Source: Felis catus (lineage: Eukaryota). From it: DNA of 64,000 bases. Position numbers and translations under genes: made by a program. Below are positions 1 to 13,096 of this stretch, in pieces. The stretch spans positions 97,094,001 to 97,158,000 of the forward strand of contig NC_058368.1 of assembly GCF_018350175.1 (NCBI RefSeq). The letters run 5' to 3'. Position 1 is the first letter of the stretch. Each line of letters begins with the position of its first letter. The notes below the pieces were generated by a model, which was not told where the DNA came from, searched no databases, and was given only the letters and a program-made list of their open reading frames with translations.

Positions 1-881
1 GTATACATTTATCTTATTCTATTCTATAAACATTTGGATTTAATTGGTGAAGATTGATTTGTGTGATAGAATTTAATAATTACAAAAATATGATGTATTT
101 TATTAAGACTATACTTAATCTTAATAAATACTATTAATCATTTAAAATTAATAATTGATCATTATTGATAATGCTTTCCATTTTTCATATCTTTGAGGTA
201 GTCAGTGTCATGAACCTTGCTATTGTAGTAATATAATATATTCTATTTTAAAACATACCCTAAAATACATATGTATACATTCCTTTCTTTACTGTGAGGT
301 GTTTTTTTTTTTCCAGTTTCGAATACATTTTGGGTTCAGTGTTGGGATGGAGGAAAGAAAAATCCACATTGCTTCACTGAAACTTACTGATAGAAAAGGT
401 TATGAATAAGAATAAACCCCAGTAGTTTTACCCCCTCATTAAAATCCATCATTTGGGTATTTAGTGAGGTTGAGAGTTGGGGGAAGGAGTGACTCAGTCT
501 TCTGCATCACAGTTGTCTCCTTTTCAAACGGAGGACAAGCAGGTATAAAATGCTGCCTGACCCGGGACAATAGCTCAGGATAATACATGCCACTTGGTGG
601 ATTAAAAATTTATAAGATATTTTTCCATCTCTGCTTGGAATAAAAATGAATATATTCTTGTCTCGTGGCACATGATTTTTTACTCAGAGCTGAAGAGATG
701 TGCAACACCTTAAATTCTGTGGGGTTTGCCTTTCTAATTATATTACACAGGAAATAAGCCAAACAACCTGAGTACCTGGCAGGAGAGTCCCATACCCCCC
801 ACATACAAGTAAACTCTCTTTACATACAAATCCCAGTAGATGGGAATGTTATAGCTTTACCACCACCACCAGCACCCCCCC

Positions 882-912
882 CACACACACACACACATGC
901 TCATACACACAG

Positions 913-957
<45 letters not shown>
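882..957. repeat. (CA)n microsatellite, interrupted
   Basis: Direct CA runs. Confidence 0.95.
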
Positions 958-958
<1 letters not shown>

Positions 959-2033
959 GTACCATGTCAAGATAACATTTTTCATTAAAGATTTCATTCC
1001 ACATCACACCATGTACCTGTGTATGTGTGCTTGGGCACACGTGAGTATACTCTCACGGTATATAAAATGTAACAGCTATCTCATGTTTCCAAAAGTCACA
1101 TTCATGTTTTCCCTTTGGTACCAGGCAGGGGCTAACAAAAGCACCCAATGAGGAGACCTCCATGTAAGGATGCTAAAAATCCACCCCAGCGAACGAAAGG
1201 GTCTCCTGCCAGCCAGGTGGCAGCGTGCTGATAGAAATCTCATGGGACAGGGGGTGGGGGAAGTTGGTACATGCCCACATGGACACATGGAAAGTCTGGA
1301 GCCTGCCCTTTGCCCCATAAGTTACCTAGAGAGGAAACCTTTTGTTATGTGTAGTCATGTAACTTTGTTTAAATACATCAACAGAGAAAACTGATTTTCC
1401 CCCTTAAGGCAAGGGTTGAAGGTAATCTAAAAATATGTGTCATCTTTTGAAAGATGGCATTAATTTGTTTTGATCTCTAATGGTGCTGATTATCCACATT
1501 CCTTTCTACTGAGGACATGGCCCTCCCCTCAGGCCCTTTTATTTCTTGCCTTGCCCTGTATTGCTGCAGTTACTATGATGGAATACAACAGCTCACAATT
1601 TCTGTGATTAGAAATAATTCTGGATATGAGTAGATTCAGAGATGACTAAAATCATTGTAATACCTCAGCAATGTTGTGCTCAAAGATTTTTATTAAAAAT
1701 AAACTACTATTTTTGAATGAAATAAAAGTGTTATTCATGCAATCCACAAAAGAGAGAAAGCTTTTTCAAGGCATTAGTAAAAAGATATGGGCAGAGAGCA
1801 GAAAGGAAAGATGTTTAAGATAAAATAAAAAATTGAATTCCTATAATTATGTAGCAAGAATTAAACTTAAGTCCCAGGCTCTCAGAGATCCAGGAGAAAG
1901 GCTGAGAGTTTCAAGGTGAAATCCCAACTGAGAAGATAATTCAGCTAGCCATTGTAACCATCTGGGGTGATGAATGCAGAAATGCCCAGCAAAAGGCAAC
2001 TATCAGAAGTCAACAATTTTTCCTTACAACTAG

Positions 2034-2206
2034 CTTTTTTTTAAATATGAAATTTATTGTCAAACTGGTTTCCATACAACACCCAGTGCCCATCCCAACA
2101 GATGCCTTCCTCAATGCCCATCACGCACTTTCCCTTCTCCCTCACCCGCCATCAACCCTCAGTTTGTTCTCAGTATTTAAGAGTCTCTTATAGTTTGCCT
2201 CCCTCC
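2034..2206 (-). mobile_element. Felid-type L1 3' end, 5'-truncated
   Basis: Poly-T followed by aaatatgaaatttattgtcaaactggtttccatacaacacccagtgc, the reverse complement of the cat L1 3' terminus. Confidence 0.9.
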
Positions 2207-2216
2207 CTTAGTCTTT

Positions 2217-2418
2217 CTTTTTTAATGTTTACTTATTTTTGCATGCACACAAGAGTGGGGGGGCAGGGCAGAAAGAGAGGGAGACATAGAATCCAAAGCA
2301 GGCTCCAGGCTCTGAACTGTCAACACAGAGCCCGACACAGGGTTCGAACCCTTGAGCCGTGAGGTCATGACCCGAGCCGAAGTCGGACACTTAACCAACT
2401 GAGCCACCCAGGTGGCCC
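2217..2418 (-). mobile_element. Can-SINE (SINEC_Fc-like)
   Basis: tttaatgtttacttatt...ggctccaggctctg...actgagccacccagg. Confidence 0.95.
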
Positions 2419-3316
2419 TCCTTAGAACTAGTCTTTACACAGACACACATTATTAATTTATTAGCTATGGTCACTGTATCATATACTATTTTCCCTAGCC
2501 CTTGGATCAAGTCCTTGGAAACAAGAAAGACATAGTAGAGAAACATTCCACCTCTGTGATTTCCAACATTACTGATAAATTCTGATAAAACACCATCTAA
2601 AATAAACAATAGGATTTTACACCTAAACATTCCACTTTTTTTCAAAAATTAGATTTCTACAGCTAAAAATTGGGAGGGAACTCTAGAAGCTGATGTGAAG
2701 CTTAGTGTGATATGGCATTTTAATTTGAAAAGGCAAACAACTCAAGAGAGTCTGCTGAAAAACTATTAGAATTAACTTTTCAAAAGCTCAGTAAAAAAAC
2801 TTACAAGGTTGATTTTTAAAAGTCAAACTCTTTGTAAACTAACATAAACCAATTAGAAAATGTACTGGAATAATAAGTACATATTATTATTATACATATT
2901 ATTATAATGTGTATATGTGTTATATATATGTAATATTATACAATTATTATAATATGTATATTATTGTACATAATAATATGTACAATAGCAATAAAAACAT
3001 GATACCTACCAACAATCCAAAGAGAAAATGCGCATTATCATTTATATAAAGAAAAACACAAAGGTTGCTAGACAGATGTAAACACAGAAGACAAAAATAA
3101 AGAGAGATGCTATTTTCTTGGACAAAAAAAAAATCCTTAAATTATCTAGAAGAACAAACAGATAAATATAAATAGGAAAGAAAATGTTAAAGAAGAGAAA
3201 TGAAATTAGTTCAACCAGATCTGAAAACATATAAAGCTACCATCATTGAATCTTAAAAAGGCATGAGGAAAAAAAAAAAAACACAATTCTATAGAAACAA
3301 ACCCTCAGGTATGGAG

Positions 3317-3579
3317 CAGGTGTCCAATAAAAATGCAATATGAGCTACATAGAGAATTGAGATTTTTCTAATACTCACATCTTAAAGAGTAAGGTAAAAG
3401 TGAAGTTGATTTTAATAGTGTAGATTACATTATTTACATGTCATTAATATATGTCATGTTATATATATTTTATTACACCCAAAATATTATCACTTTTACA
3501 TGTCATAAGTATCAAAACAGTATTGAGGTGGCATTTTGGGGTTTTTTTGTTTTATTTTTTAATGTTTATTTTTATTTTT

Positions 3580-3610
<31 letters not shown>

Positions 3611-3913
3611 CATGAGGGGGGAGGGGCAGAGAGAGAAGGAGACACAGAATCTGAAGCAGGCTCCAGGTTCTGAGCTGTCAGCACAGAGCCCCATGCAGGA
3701 CTTGAACTCATGAACTGTGATCTCATGACCTAAGCCAAAGTCAGACGCTTAACTGACTGAGCCACCCAGGGGCCCCAAGGTGTTTTACATTCTGCTGTTA
3801 TGCTGTTGTTCTAAGGTCTCAAAGTACGCATTTTACACATCTCAGTTTGGCCTAGCCATATTCCAGTGCTCAAGAGTCACATACAGCTATAGGCTACAGT
3901 ATTGGGCAGTACA
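3317..3913 (+). mobile_element. MER33-like hAT-Charlie MITE, split by a SINE
   Basis: Starts ggtgtccaataaaaatgcaatatgagctacat and ends agccatattccagtgctcaagagtcacat...gtattgggcagtacag, matching MER33 termini. Confidence 0.8.
3541..3776 (-). mobile_element. Can-SINE
   Basis: Poly-T, (GA)n, SINE body, gagccacccagggg. Confidence 0.95.
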
Positions 3914-4964
3914 GGTACAGAGAAAATGTGATTTAAAAAAAACAACCATGAATTCATTAAGCGGTAAGCAAACAATTTCCCTTTTGATATGTTTATATAT
4001 ATATCTTAATCAGCGAGCAGTATAAGCTCCAAGGATATAAACAAGTTAAATTGTTTAATAAAACAAAATTCACCAATGTTAGAATAATATAAATGACTCT
4101 GCCAAAGGAAGGGAGAAGAAAATCATCCAGTCTTTAAAGGAACAGAAGCAGTCTCAAAACACATGGTCTGCAGATTTCGTGATGGGGAATATCAAAACTT
4201 TTTCATATCTGAACTGGTAAAAACAAATATTTGCCATAAATATGACCAAGAAAGTTTTAATCATTTTGAGGAGCTCAGGTAAATCAAGGTGCAAACCAGT
4301 AAGAATCCCAACAGATTAATGGACAAGGGCAGGAACAGAGAATTTAGAAAAGAAAATAATCAAATAGTGAGCAAAGAAATGGGGGGAGGGGCCCACCTTC
4401 CTAGTAATCCCAGAAAGGCAAATTTAAACCAAAAAATGGTGTAATGCTCTCTCCTTCCTCCAACACCCAATATTCATGTCTTCTAGCTTTTCTCATCTTG
4501 GATACAATCTTTAAGGGTGTAGCTATGGTTAGTAAATGCTATGACATCCTATGTTCTACCATTTGAAAGAATTCTGAATATAAATAGAGTGGAAAATGAC
4601 TAAAAATCACTGTACTAACTGACTTATTTCATGTTCAAAGAATTTGAGAGAGAGAAAGAAAGAGGTAAAAAGAATCATGGCATACCGGAATGGATAGGAC
4701 CTCAGACATCTAAAACACAGTGAAGGAATGTAAATGAAGCTGTACATTGAGGAAAGTTACTTTTGTTTTCCAAACTCTTAACACCCTCAGGTATCATAGG
4801 TGATCTCAAATGTTCAGCAGCTGCAATGACATATCGTAAAAAAGAATAAAAATAGTAATCATCAAAAAAGATAAATTTTAACACCCATGGTTGCAGCAGT
4901 GAAGGAAAAGCATTGGTTAAGAGATTAAGGCTCAGCCTACCCAAATCATAATGTATGTAACAAA

Positions 4965-5120
4965 TGCTAATATAGTACCTACTAAGTGCTGGTGCTATTC
5001 CAATCAAATCCTCACAATAACCCTATGATGTAGGTATTATTAATATACCCATTTTACAAACAACTGGGGCATCTTACGGACAAAGAGCTAAGTAACTTTT
5101 TTAGGAAAACATTAGTAAGA
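4965..5120 (-). mobile_element. MIR fragment
   Basis: cctcacaataaccctatgatgtaggtattatt...cccattttaca MIR core. Confidence 0.75.
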
Positions 5121-5599
5121 GTATGCATTAATTACTATCCTGCCCATAGGAGACGTAAGCACTTTCTTAAAAGCAGGCTAAATTTCTGCTAATTAAATAT
5201 TTAATGAATGCTTATTATGTTAGCATATTGGTTTTAAAGAGGTCCAATTTATGACACAATTGAGTATGCTTTTATCTGCTGAAGTAACACTTAAGATAGT
5301 GTACTAAGAATCCCTTACATGTACTAAGGTATAAAGTGTGTTAAAATAACTTTATAAGACTTAGAACAGCTTTATTACATACATGTTTGTAGAGTTTTAT
5401 GGCTATCCTATTTTCCTTCAAGGGTTCTGGTGGCTTATAACAACCCATCTTTAATCAGAAACACAGGCTCCCCTCACTGGTATCACTGGAAAAATCAATG
5501 TTATTCTCATTTCTCCCTTAGCTCCAGGAAAGAGGAGCAGAAAACATAACACCATTATGGAAATGGATATGACATGGAGAATGTCCCACAAAACAAAAG

Positions 5600-6535
5600 G
5601 GGAGATGAAAAGCCTGTTCTTTACATCCCCTTTGGATTTAGAGATAAGGGGTAAGGAGACAAGGCCTTCCTGAACACATAGTCTAGAGGCTCAAGTCATG
5701 GAGAAGAAATTATGATTAAATTGAAGAGAAAAGTCAAAGCAGACTGGAGCTGTGGCCACATTCTTGTTTGTGTCTAAGAGAGCATATACCCTCACACACC
5801 CAACTCCACCTGTTCCTTTAGATTGGAGGTGACAGGACAGTGCATTTAGCAAGGGAAAGCATCTGGGTTGGGCTCTCCAGCCTCCGTGGACCTGGAGAGT
5901 TTCCTATACCATGGGCTTGCAGAGAGAAGTCAAGGCTGGTCCGTCTCAGGAGGTCATCTCAGGATTTGTCGTGATGGCCTGAAACAACTCTGTCGTTCAG
6001 GGCTTCAGAGCAGGTCAGCCAGCCTGGGGGCTTAAAGGAGCCATAACTGGAGCTCAGGCAGTGGGCCAGTGCCAGTCAGGACTAAGCCTGTGCTTCATCA
6101 GGCCAACAGACTCCATCATGAATTCACCAGTCATATTGACGTGAGGATTAAATGGCAACACCAGGCAGACAAGGATGACCTCAGAAACCAGAGGCCCAGA
6201 GGAAAGGATAAAGCCCCTCAATGGGTCTCAGGCCACCTTCTTGCCACTTCAAAGGTGTCCAAGCTCCACCCCAACACTAATAACCCAGACTCCATCTTGG
6301 AGACAAAACAGGAAGAGGAAGAAAGTCTGAATTTATTAGCATTTATCCGAGAGGGTGATGAGTCATCACTGCTTTAAGTTTTTGAAGAGAACTAAAATTT
6401 GTGTGTTGGATTAAATGTTACTTCTTTTCATGCACTCTGCAGGGCAGGGCTCAGGAAGATGAAGAAATTTACAGAAAAAAAAATAAGCGACTTTTTTGGA
6501 TGAGTACCTGAATGTAGTGTGTACCTGTTATTACT
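5600..6535 (+). mobile_element. Possible ancient solo LTR (LTR78-like)
   Basis: ccatcttggaga...gtctgaattt...aaataagcgactt...acctgaatgtagtgtgtacctgtta resembles the LTR78 3' end; 5' boundary uncertain. Confidence 0.4.
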
Positions 6536-6699
6536 TGACTTCAATATGGCATAAAGGAATCTGTTTTCCAGAGACCTGGATTATGATGGACTTGCTTCCA
6601 AAATATTGTCATATTGTGGCAGAGAAAAAGAGACAGAGACAGGAAGAGAGAGACTCTGCTTTGGAATTAGTGTCTTTGTAGAAAAATCTCCCATTAATA

Positions 6700-6860
6700 A
6701 AAGCATTGCTTATCCCTCATTATGAACTAAGCACTACTGTGAATAGCTTCCAGTATGAACTCATGAATCCTCATGATCATACTATGTGGGGCAGTTTTTT
6801 ATCATCCCCATTTTACAGATTCAAAAAGTGAGACCTGGAAAGGTTAAACGACTCACTGTG
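6700..6860 (-). mobile_element. MIR fragment
   Basis: atcatccccattttacagat...aggttaaacgact. Confidence 0.8.
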
Positions 6861-7354
6861 GTTGGACTGCTGATATGTGATAAAGCTCACAGTTTATATT
6901 TTTATTGTCCTATTGCCCATTCTATGCTACTTTTTGGGCAAACAAGTCACTTCAAGGCTAAATGTGTCCACTTTTCCTCCATTCCTCTTATAGCTAAAGG
7001 TTGCTTGTCAGAGATGAGAAGCCCTTACCTTTTGCCACAGGCCACCACCTGACTGACCTATTCCCTGGGCTCCAGAAACTTCCAGCTCAATGTCTCCAGT
7101 CAAACGCATCATCCTCACCTCAAACTCAGAATGCCTCCAACTCTACATGGCTTCTTCTCCCGGAATCACTCCACTTATTGTATTCTCCATTTCAAATTGG
7201 CACCGGTATCTTCTCAAGTCACACCTGGAATCACCTCTAGAACCACTTTCTTCTGTTCCTCATCCTTCATATCTAGTCTATATCAGGTTCTGAAGATTCA
7301 ACCTCTCTCTAACCTCTCAAATTCTGTCTCATTTCTACTTTTACTTCGTCTTGC

Positions 7355-7915
7355 TGGTAATGAAAGTAGGCTCTAGAGTCATATCTAGTTAAAATCTTGA
7401 CTCCAAAACTTGCTAGAAATACGACCTTGAGCAGGGTTTTAGCTCAAGCTGTTATAACAAAAATACTTACTCTAGGTTGGAAGCCTTAACAAGAAACATT
7501 TATTTCTCGCGGTTCTAGAGGCTGGAAGTCTGTCACCAGGGGCCAGCATGGTTCTCAGTGACAGCCCTCTTCCTGCTCCCATATGGCTGTCTTCTTGCTG
7601 TGTCCTTACATGGTGGAGAGAGGGCGCTCTGGACTCCTCTTCTCCTTATCATGGGGGGTCCACTCTCATGACCTTTGCACACCTAATCACCTCCCAAATA
7701 CCATAACATTGGGGATTTAAGTCTTCAACCTTTGAGTTTTGAGGAAACAAACATTCAGTCTATAGTAAGCAGTTTATAGCCCTTCCTTGCCCAAACTTCT
7801 CCATCTATAAAGTAGAGATGAATAATAGCACCGGTTGCTCAGGATGCTATATAAGGATTAAATCATGTATGTAAAACACCTGGGACAGTTCCTTTTACAT
7901 AATAAATATATTTTC
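7355..7915 (+). mobile_element. MIR split by an MLT1A LTR
   Basis: ggctctagagtca...gaccttgagca, resuming at tctccatctataaagtagagatgaataatagcac...aggattaaat. Confidence 0.7.
7433..7767 (-). mobile_element. MLT1A-type ERVL-MaLR solo LTR
   Basis: acatttatttctcgcggttctagaggctggaagtc...ctaatcacctcccaa...acattcagtctatag. Confidence 0.85.
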
Positions 7916-10670
7916 ATCATTCTTGCACATTTTCATTACGCCACAGTGCTATCATCAAGGTTCAGCCCTTCTTCATCTTTCACCTGGACAAATTACAATA
8001 CACCTATAACTACCTCCCACGTCCTCTTTCCAACCCCATGCTTCTCCAAGCCAATATGTATATTGCTATAACTAAAACAGAGATGGGATTGTGTCACTCA
8101 AAAATTCCCCAGCACCAGCAAAGTAAGGAAGAAACGTCCTACGCTGAGGTTGAGGGCAGGGCTCCAAGGCTTTCCACAGGCCATCCAAGGAATCGCATAA
8201 GAGCATAAATCCACTCCTCGCAAGTTAACCTCAGCCAAGAATGCCCCAGACCTGAGTTCCCAAGGCTTTGAGAACCCTGTATCTCCCAGAACCCATGCAT
8301 TAGCTAAATCAGGAATGCCATGTCAGAAAAGATTCATCATCTGCCCTTACAGACCTGGTCTCAACCCCCTTTTCCTCCTAGGAGACTCTCATCACCTAAA
8401 GTAAAAACTGTTTTCCCCTTTGCTTCCTGAAATGCAACATGTGTCAGTCCGTCTCCTTTCCCAGATAATCAAGTCACACACCATACCGTTAGCAGTCGTG
8501 CACAAGGGGCATCCCCATAGACTTCCGATTACATTGTTTATCCTGGAAAACAGGGCTTTCCACTCACCTACTAAAGGTTATCAATCCTACCTGCCTCCTT
8601 GGTAGGGGAAATTAAATTGAGGCAGGGAGGGTTGGGGCTACGACTGCCTTTGGCAAAAGGGACCTACCTCGAGTGCCGGAAAAACAACTTACTCTGCCAA
8701 GGGTGACAAGAATGACATCAGCAGCAGGATACCCATCTATGTCTGCCTTGGGCTTTCCCTCTCAGGGCAGGAACTAAGTCTTCTCTGTTTTTCCATCTCC
8801 AGGGTCCAGCACCGCGTCTGCCACATGGCAGGTCCAAACAAACTCCAGTTCCATTCGACCCATTCGACAGATAGGACATGTACATGCACATGAGTCCTCA
8901 CTATCTTGCCTCCCAGCTAGCTATAGGAGATCCTTAGGTTAGAAAAACTCCTGAGTCCTTTTCCAGGGTGGTCTACAATAGGATACAATTTCTGAGCAAG
9001 ATCATTAAATAACTCAGTAATATGCAGCGTTTCTTCTCACCTGCTAAATTTCAGTACCAGATCTGGGCATAGTACAAGTATAATCCAGCATTTCTTCTTT
9101 GCTGCTACAAGTTAAGGAAATTTCCTCCTGTTTCAGTGGCATTAAACTGCCTCCCAGTCTCTCCAGGAAACGGCGCATGTCTATTTTAAGTGTGTAGGGA
9201 AGACCAGCTACCTGTTATGGGTGCTAGACACAGCTATGGGGTCTCCCCTATGTTTCAGTATCAAAGACCGGATAGTGCACATTACTCTCCCATCACACTG
9301 CACAGCCCACTTAATGCCTGCAGGAGAGAAACCCCCCTCAAAGGCACCTTTGGCACATTGTCACGCTTGCCCCTAAAAGGCCCATTGGTTGTTACTCCTT
9401 GTTTTCCCAAGTGATTGGATTCTGCCAATAGTCCTGAACGGTGGAAACCCAAAGTAGGGAACCTAGACCCTAGAGCAAATTTGGACCTCATGGGTTGCTA
9501 GATTCTTCATTTTTAGCCCCACTTCATTCACCAGCACAGGCGCAATGATCTTTGTAAAATGTCTTAAGAACCTTATAGTAAATAAAAATGATAAATGTTG
9601 ACCTTCGTGGTCTCTTTCCAGCCCTAAAAATCTATGATTCGTTTCTTCTCAAGACTTCACATTTTCAAGGCCCAAGGAGGCTTAAGTAATAAGCCAATGT
9701 AAATAGCAGGTAATGGGCCCTGATAAATGTCCTGAACTGAAAGACTAGCCAAAGGGAAAGAAAAAAGAAAAAGAAAAAAAGTAAGAAAGTACAATAAAAC
9801 TGCAAATGTCTTTACAGCTGCCATCAGAGATGGTGGGAAGCCTCAAACACTGCCCTTGAGAGCAACTTAAAACTAAGCAGTCTGTGAACACAAGCAGAGA
9901 GCATTTCTTGCCTTCACAAAACCGTTCTTTAAGAAGGTCAACAGTCTTAACTTCACTATTCCAAGCGTCGAGATGCGGCATTGGGCAGCCAGGTGTCCCC
10001 ACACACTGTACTATCAAGACATGGGTTGGCTAAGGGTACCTGGATTGTCAGCCGCCAACGGGTGAGTTGTGTTTTCTGGCCAAACGTTCAGCCTGGTAGG
10101 AGGGAATGTATGTTCATCTCTTCTCAGGCACACACACAAAAGAAGTTTCTGCCTAGAAATTAGACAAAACAGAAAAACCAAATCTATTTTTGGCTCCCGA
10201 ATCCTTTTCCCACACTGTGTGCATCTTTCCCCCAGCCGTCTTCCTGGCCAGTGTTACCTTGGATACTCTGGGACCAGATCCACAGCTACCATTTTCTACC
10301 TTTTCAAGTCTGCTGAAAATAAAATTGCCCAAGGCCACCACCGCAGAGGCCTAGTTGTCCCCCGGAGTGACACGTCCTGGTGCACCTCTTGGCACTATGT
10401 TCGACAACTTTCTGCAGGTGCTGCACAGAGACTCTTAGGTTACCAGAATGATTTTATGTTACCAGGTCCAGATGTGTGTTATGTGTACCAGGCAATAGGT
10501 TTGATCTATGGTATTGATCTATCAGCCCACAACACCACACTTCTTTTAGGAAGACCAGAAAATTTTTAAAATTGATAGTAGGTTCATGGTCTAGATTGGG
10601 GTCTAGAATTATTATTTAAAAATTTTTAAGTTTGTTGAGTTAAAATGTAATAGATGAGGTTTTGGTAAAG

Positions 10671-10798
10671 AAATGAGATAAGATAAGATAATGAGATGAG
10701 ATGAGATGAGATGAGATGAGATGAGATGAGATGAGATGAGATGAGATAATAAAATAAAATAAAATAAAATAAAATAAAATAAAATAAAATAAAAAATA
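10671..10798. repeat. Compound (GAGAT)n-(TAAAA)n pentanucleotide microsatellite
   Basis: Direct. Confidence 0.95.
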
Positions 10799-10799
10799 A

Positions 10800-11030
10800 G
10801 GGGCGCCTGGGTAGTTCAGTTGGTTAAGTGTCCAATTCTAAATTTCAGCTCAGGTCATGATCTCACGGTTCATGAGTTCAAGCCCCATATTGAATTCTGA
10901 ACTGAATTCAAGTGTGGAGCCTGCTTGGGATTCTCTCTCTCCCTCTCTCTGACCTTCCTCCACTCTCTCTCACTTGCTCTCTCTCTCTCAAAATAAATAA
11001 ACATTTTTTAATAAAAAAAATAAAAGTAAT
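10800..11030 (+). mobile_element. Can-SINE
   Basis: ggggcgcctgggtagttcag...(CT)n caaaataaataaac. Confidence 0.95.
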
Positions 11031-12869
11031 TCAAATAAAAAATAAAATAAAATTGCCTAAGAAGTGCAACAACTTCTCTGAAATTCCTGCAACACACTTT
11101 CTTTGCTATACTTCCTGCTTCCACTTCCGGATTTTTTTTTCATACTTTAAATCTGTCTTAATACTTTGGATCTGAGGGTACCTTTTGGTCTTTGCTCTTC
11201 AATTTCCTCCATCATAATGTTTTTTGTGAACAGACTGCTTAATGTACTCAATAATGGAAGCTCCTAGGGAACTCAATAAAAGTAGTAAATTGCTTGTTGT
11301 TTATATTAGGCGTTGACAACAGAAGCCTGGTGACCTAAGGAATGGGAGAGCATGTGTCCTTTTGGTTCCCTGTCGGGGCGAGAATGAAATTACAAACCAG
11401 TCTGTGTTCTACGCATACTGGTCTGGGTTCACTGTTTAGAAATATCAGTATGATATCCAGACTATGGAGTCATTTTTCTGTCATAATTTTTATTTAGGGA
11501 GCAAAAAAAAATATAGTGATTTTCATTTGGAAACTGAGCCATGACTGACATTACAAGTTCCATGTATTTTTGTTCCAACAAAGCCAATATTTCTCTGCTG
11601 TTTTTTAGTACAGTGCATACCCACAGGGCTAATCCACTGATGCTGTCTAGGTTGGTCTCTTTTTATCCCTTTGTATACATCCTGGGGCCAGGGAGAGCAT
11701 GGTGTTCTGTCTTCCAGCTTTTAAAATCCTATCTCCCCATAGCACTAAAGAGGAAATAACTTAGCAGAGAAAAGCTTCCCATAGCATCTTGCTAATGAAG
11801 AGGATTTTAGCTGTTTCCAGAATGTTCTTCACATCAGGTAAGTATTACACTTCTCAATAAGTACATAAACAGAGCCTAGCCTCATTAATCCTAAAGCCCA
11901 GCATTCCATATTTTCCTCTTTCAGTTTCCAGCCTTCGATGTGTAATGACATGGTATACATATCTGTCCTTTTTATCATGAAGCCAATCTCCTCCCTATTA
12001 ATTAACCTCAATGCTAATTAGCTTATTTAAGACCTACTTGCAGAGCTTACAGAAAATAACAACATATCCATGATGTCAGCAATCAAAGCCAAACAAAATT
12101 GGGACAAGGCCAGAGATGAAAGCTCCTCAGTGAGATTCAGGGATCAAGGAGAAAGGGGTGCTGTAAGTTTAAAAGACTTTGCACAGTAGTCTTTGTGGCC
12201 ATTTGCTTATTTGTAAGAGCCATTTCAGAAGGACTCATCTGAGGAATAAACTTAAGGAGAAAGCTGTAAGTATATACCAGTGCTATTTCACCTTAACCCT
12301 CCAGCCCTCTCACCCTCTACTCCTTCCAGATCACCAGTCCTGGGACAGGGGTGGAACTGTTTGGCTTACCAGAAACACATGATTAGCCCAGACTAGCAAA
12401 GAAAAAAAAAAAAAAAAAAGACAACTGTTGCTCATGTACATGTAGGATCCAATAGTGGTGGGCAGATTTTAAAGAAATTTCTATCCTTGGGAAGACATAC
12501 AGCACCGATGTCTAAGCTGTCCATCAGGTGCTATTACCTAATAGTCCTGGGGTCCATTTGCCTGCTTATTTCCAATACAAGGCAGAGTGGAGCAGGGAAC
12601 TATAGCAGCAACCTTTCAAATCCACATTCCTTGAATCCTTTGCAAAAAATTCTCTGTGTGCTACCAGCCATCCCCAACATCAATGTTATCAATTTTGAAG
12701 GCTTTCTTACCACTCCTAAGTACCACAAGGCAAACAGGAATAGTGTAAAATATGGTTGCTACTGGTCCTGATTGGCCATTATAGGAATGTGCAGGCATGT
12801 GTGCAAAGGTAAGTGTATATGCCTACCTGTACTACTGTATACTCTTGACTTTGACTTGCTCTCCTGTTT

Positions 12870-13096
12870 TTTTTTTTTTTAATCACGGGGTTTTTTTTTA
12901 AGTTCATTTATTTATTTTGAGAGAGAGAGAGCAAGCAGGAGAGCGGCAGAAAGAGGGGGAGAGAGAGAATCCCAAGCAGGCTCCACGCTGTGAGTGCAGA
13001 GTCCAATGCAAGGCTTAATCTCACAAACCATGAGATCAGGACCTGAGCCGAAATCAAGACTCAGATGTTTAACCAACTGAACCACCCAGCCATCCC
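12870..13096 (-). mobile_element. Can-SINE with 13-bp TSD
   Basis: TSD tgctc(t/c)cctgttt at 12857-12869 and 13097-13109. Confidence 0.95.

Larger units (their letters stand above)
2700..4440 (+). mobile_element. Highly decayed old L1 (L1M-type) ORF2/3' fragments, interrupted by MER33
   Basis: A-rich L1-like motifs (aaaactattagaattaac, acaatagcaataaaaacat, ataaagctaccatcatt). Confidence 0.5.
7040..8100 (+). mobile_element. L2 fragment interrupted by MIR and MLT1A
   Basis: Pyrimidine-rich L2 motifs at 7040-7330 and 7920-8100 (cacctcaaactcag, catctttcacctggac). Confidence 0.6.

Noticed and set aside
8100..8520. Possible LTR-like segment with an agtaaa signal
   Set aside because: No termini, TSD or family motif I could confirm.
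8620..8640. G-rich motif gggagggttgggg
   Set aside because: Only three G3 runs, so not a canonical G-quadruplex.
10069..10569. 166-aa ORF
   Set aside because: Non-ATG start, no recognisable domain, composition typical of random intronic ORFs.
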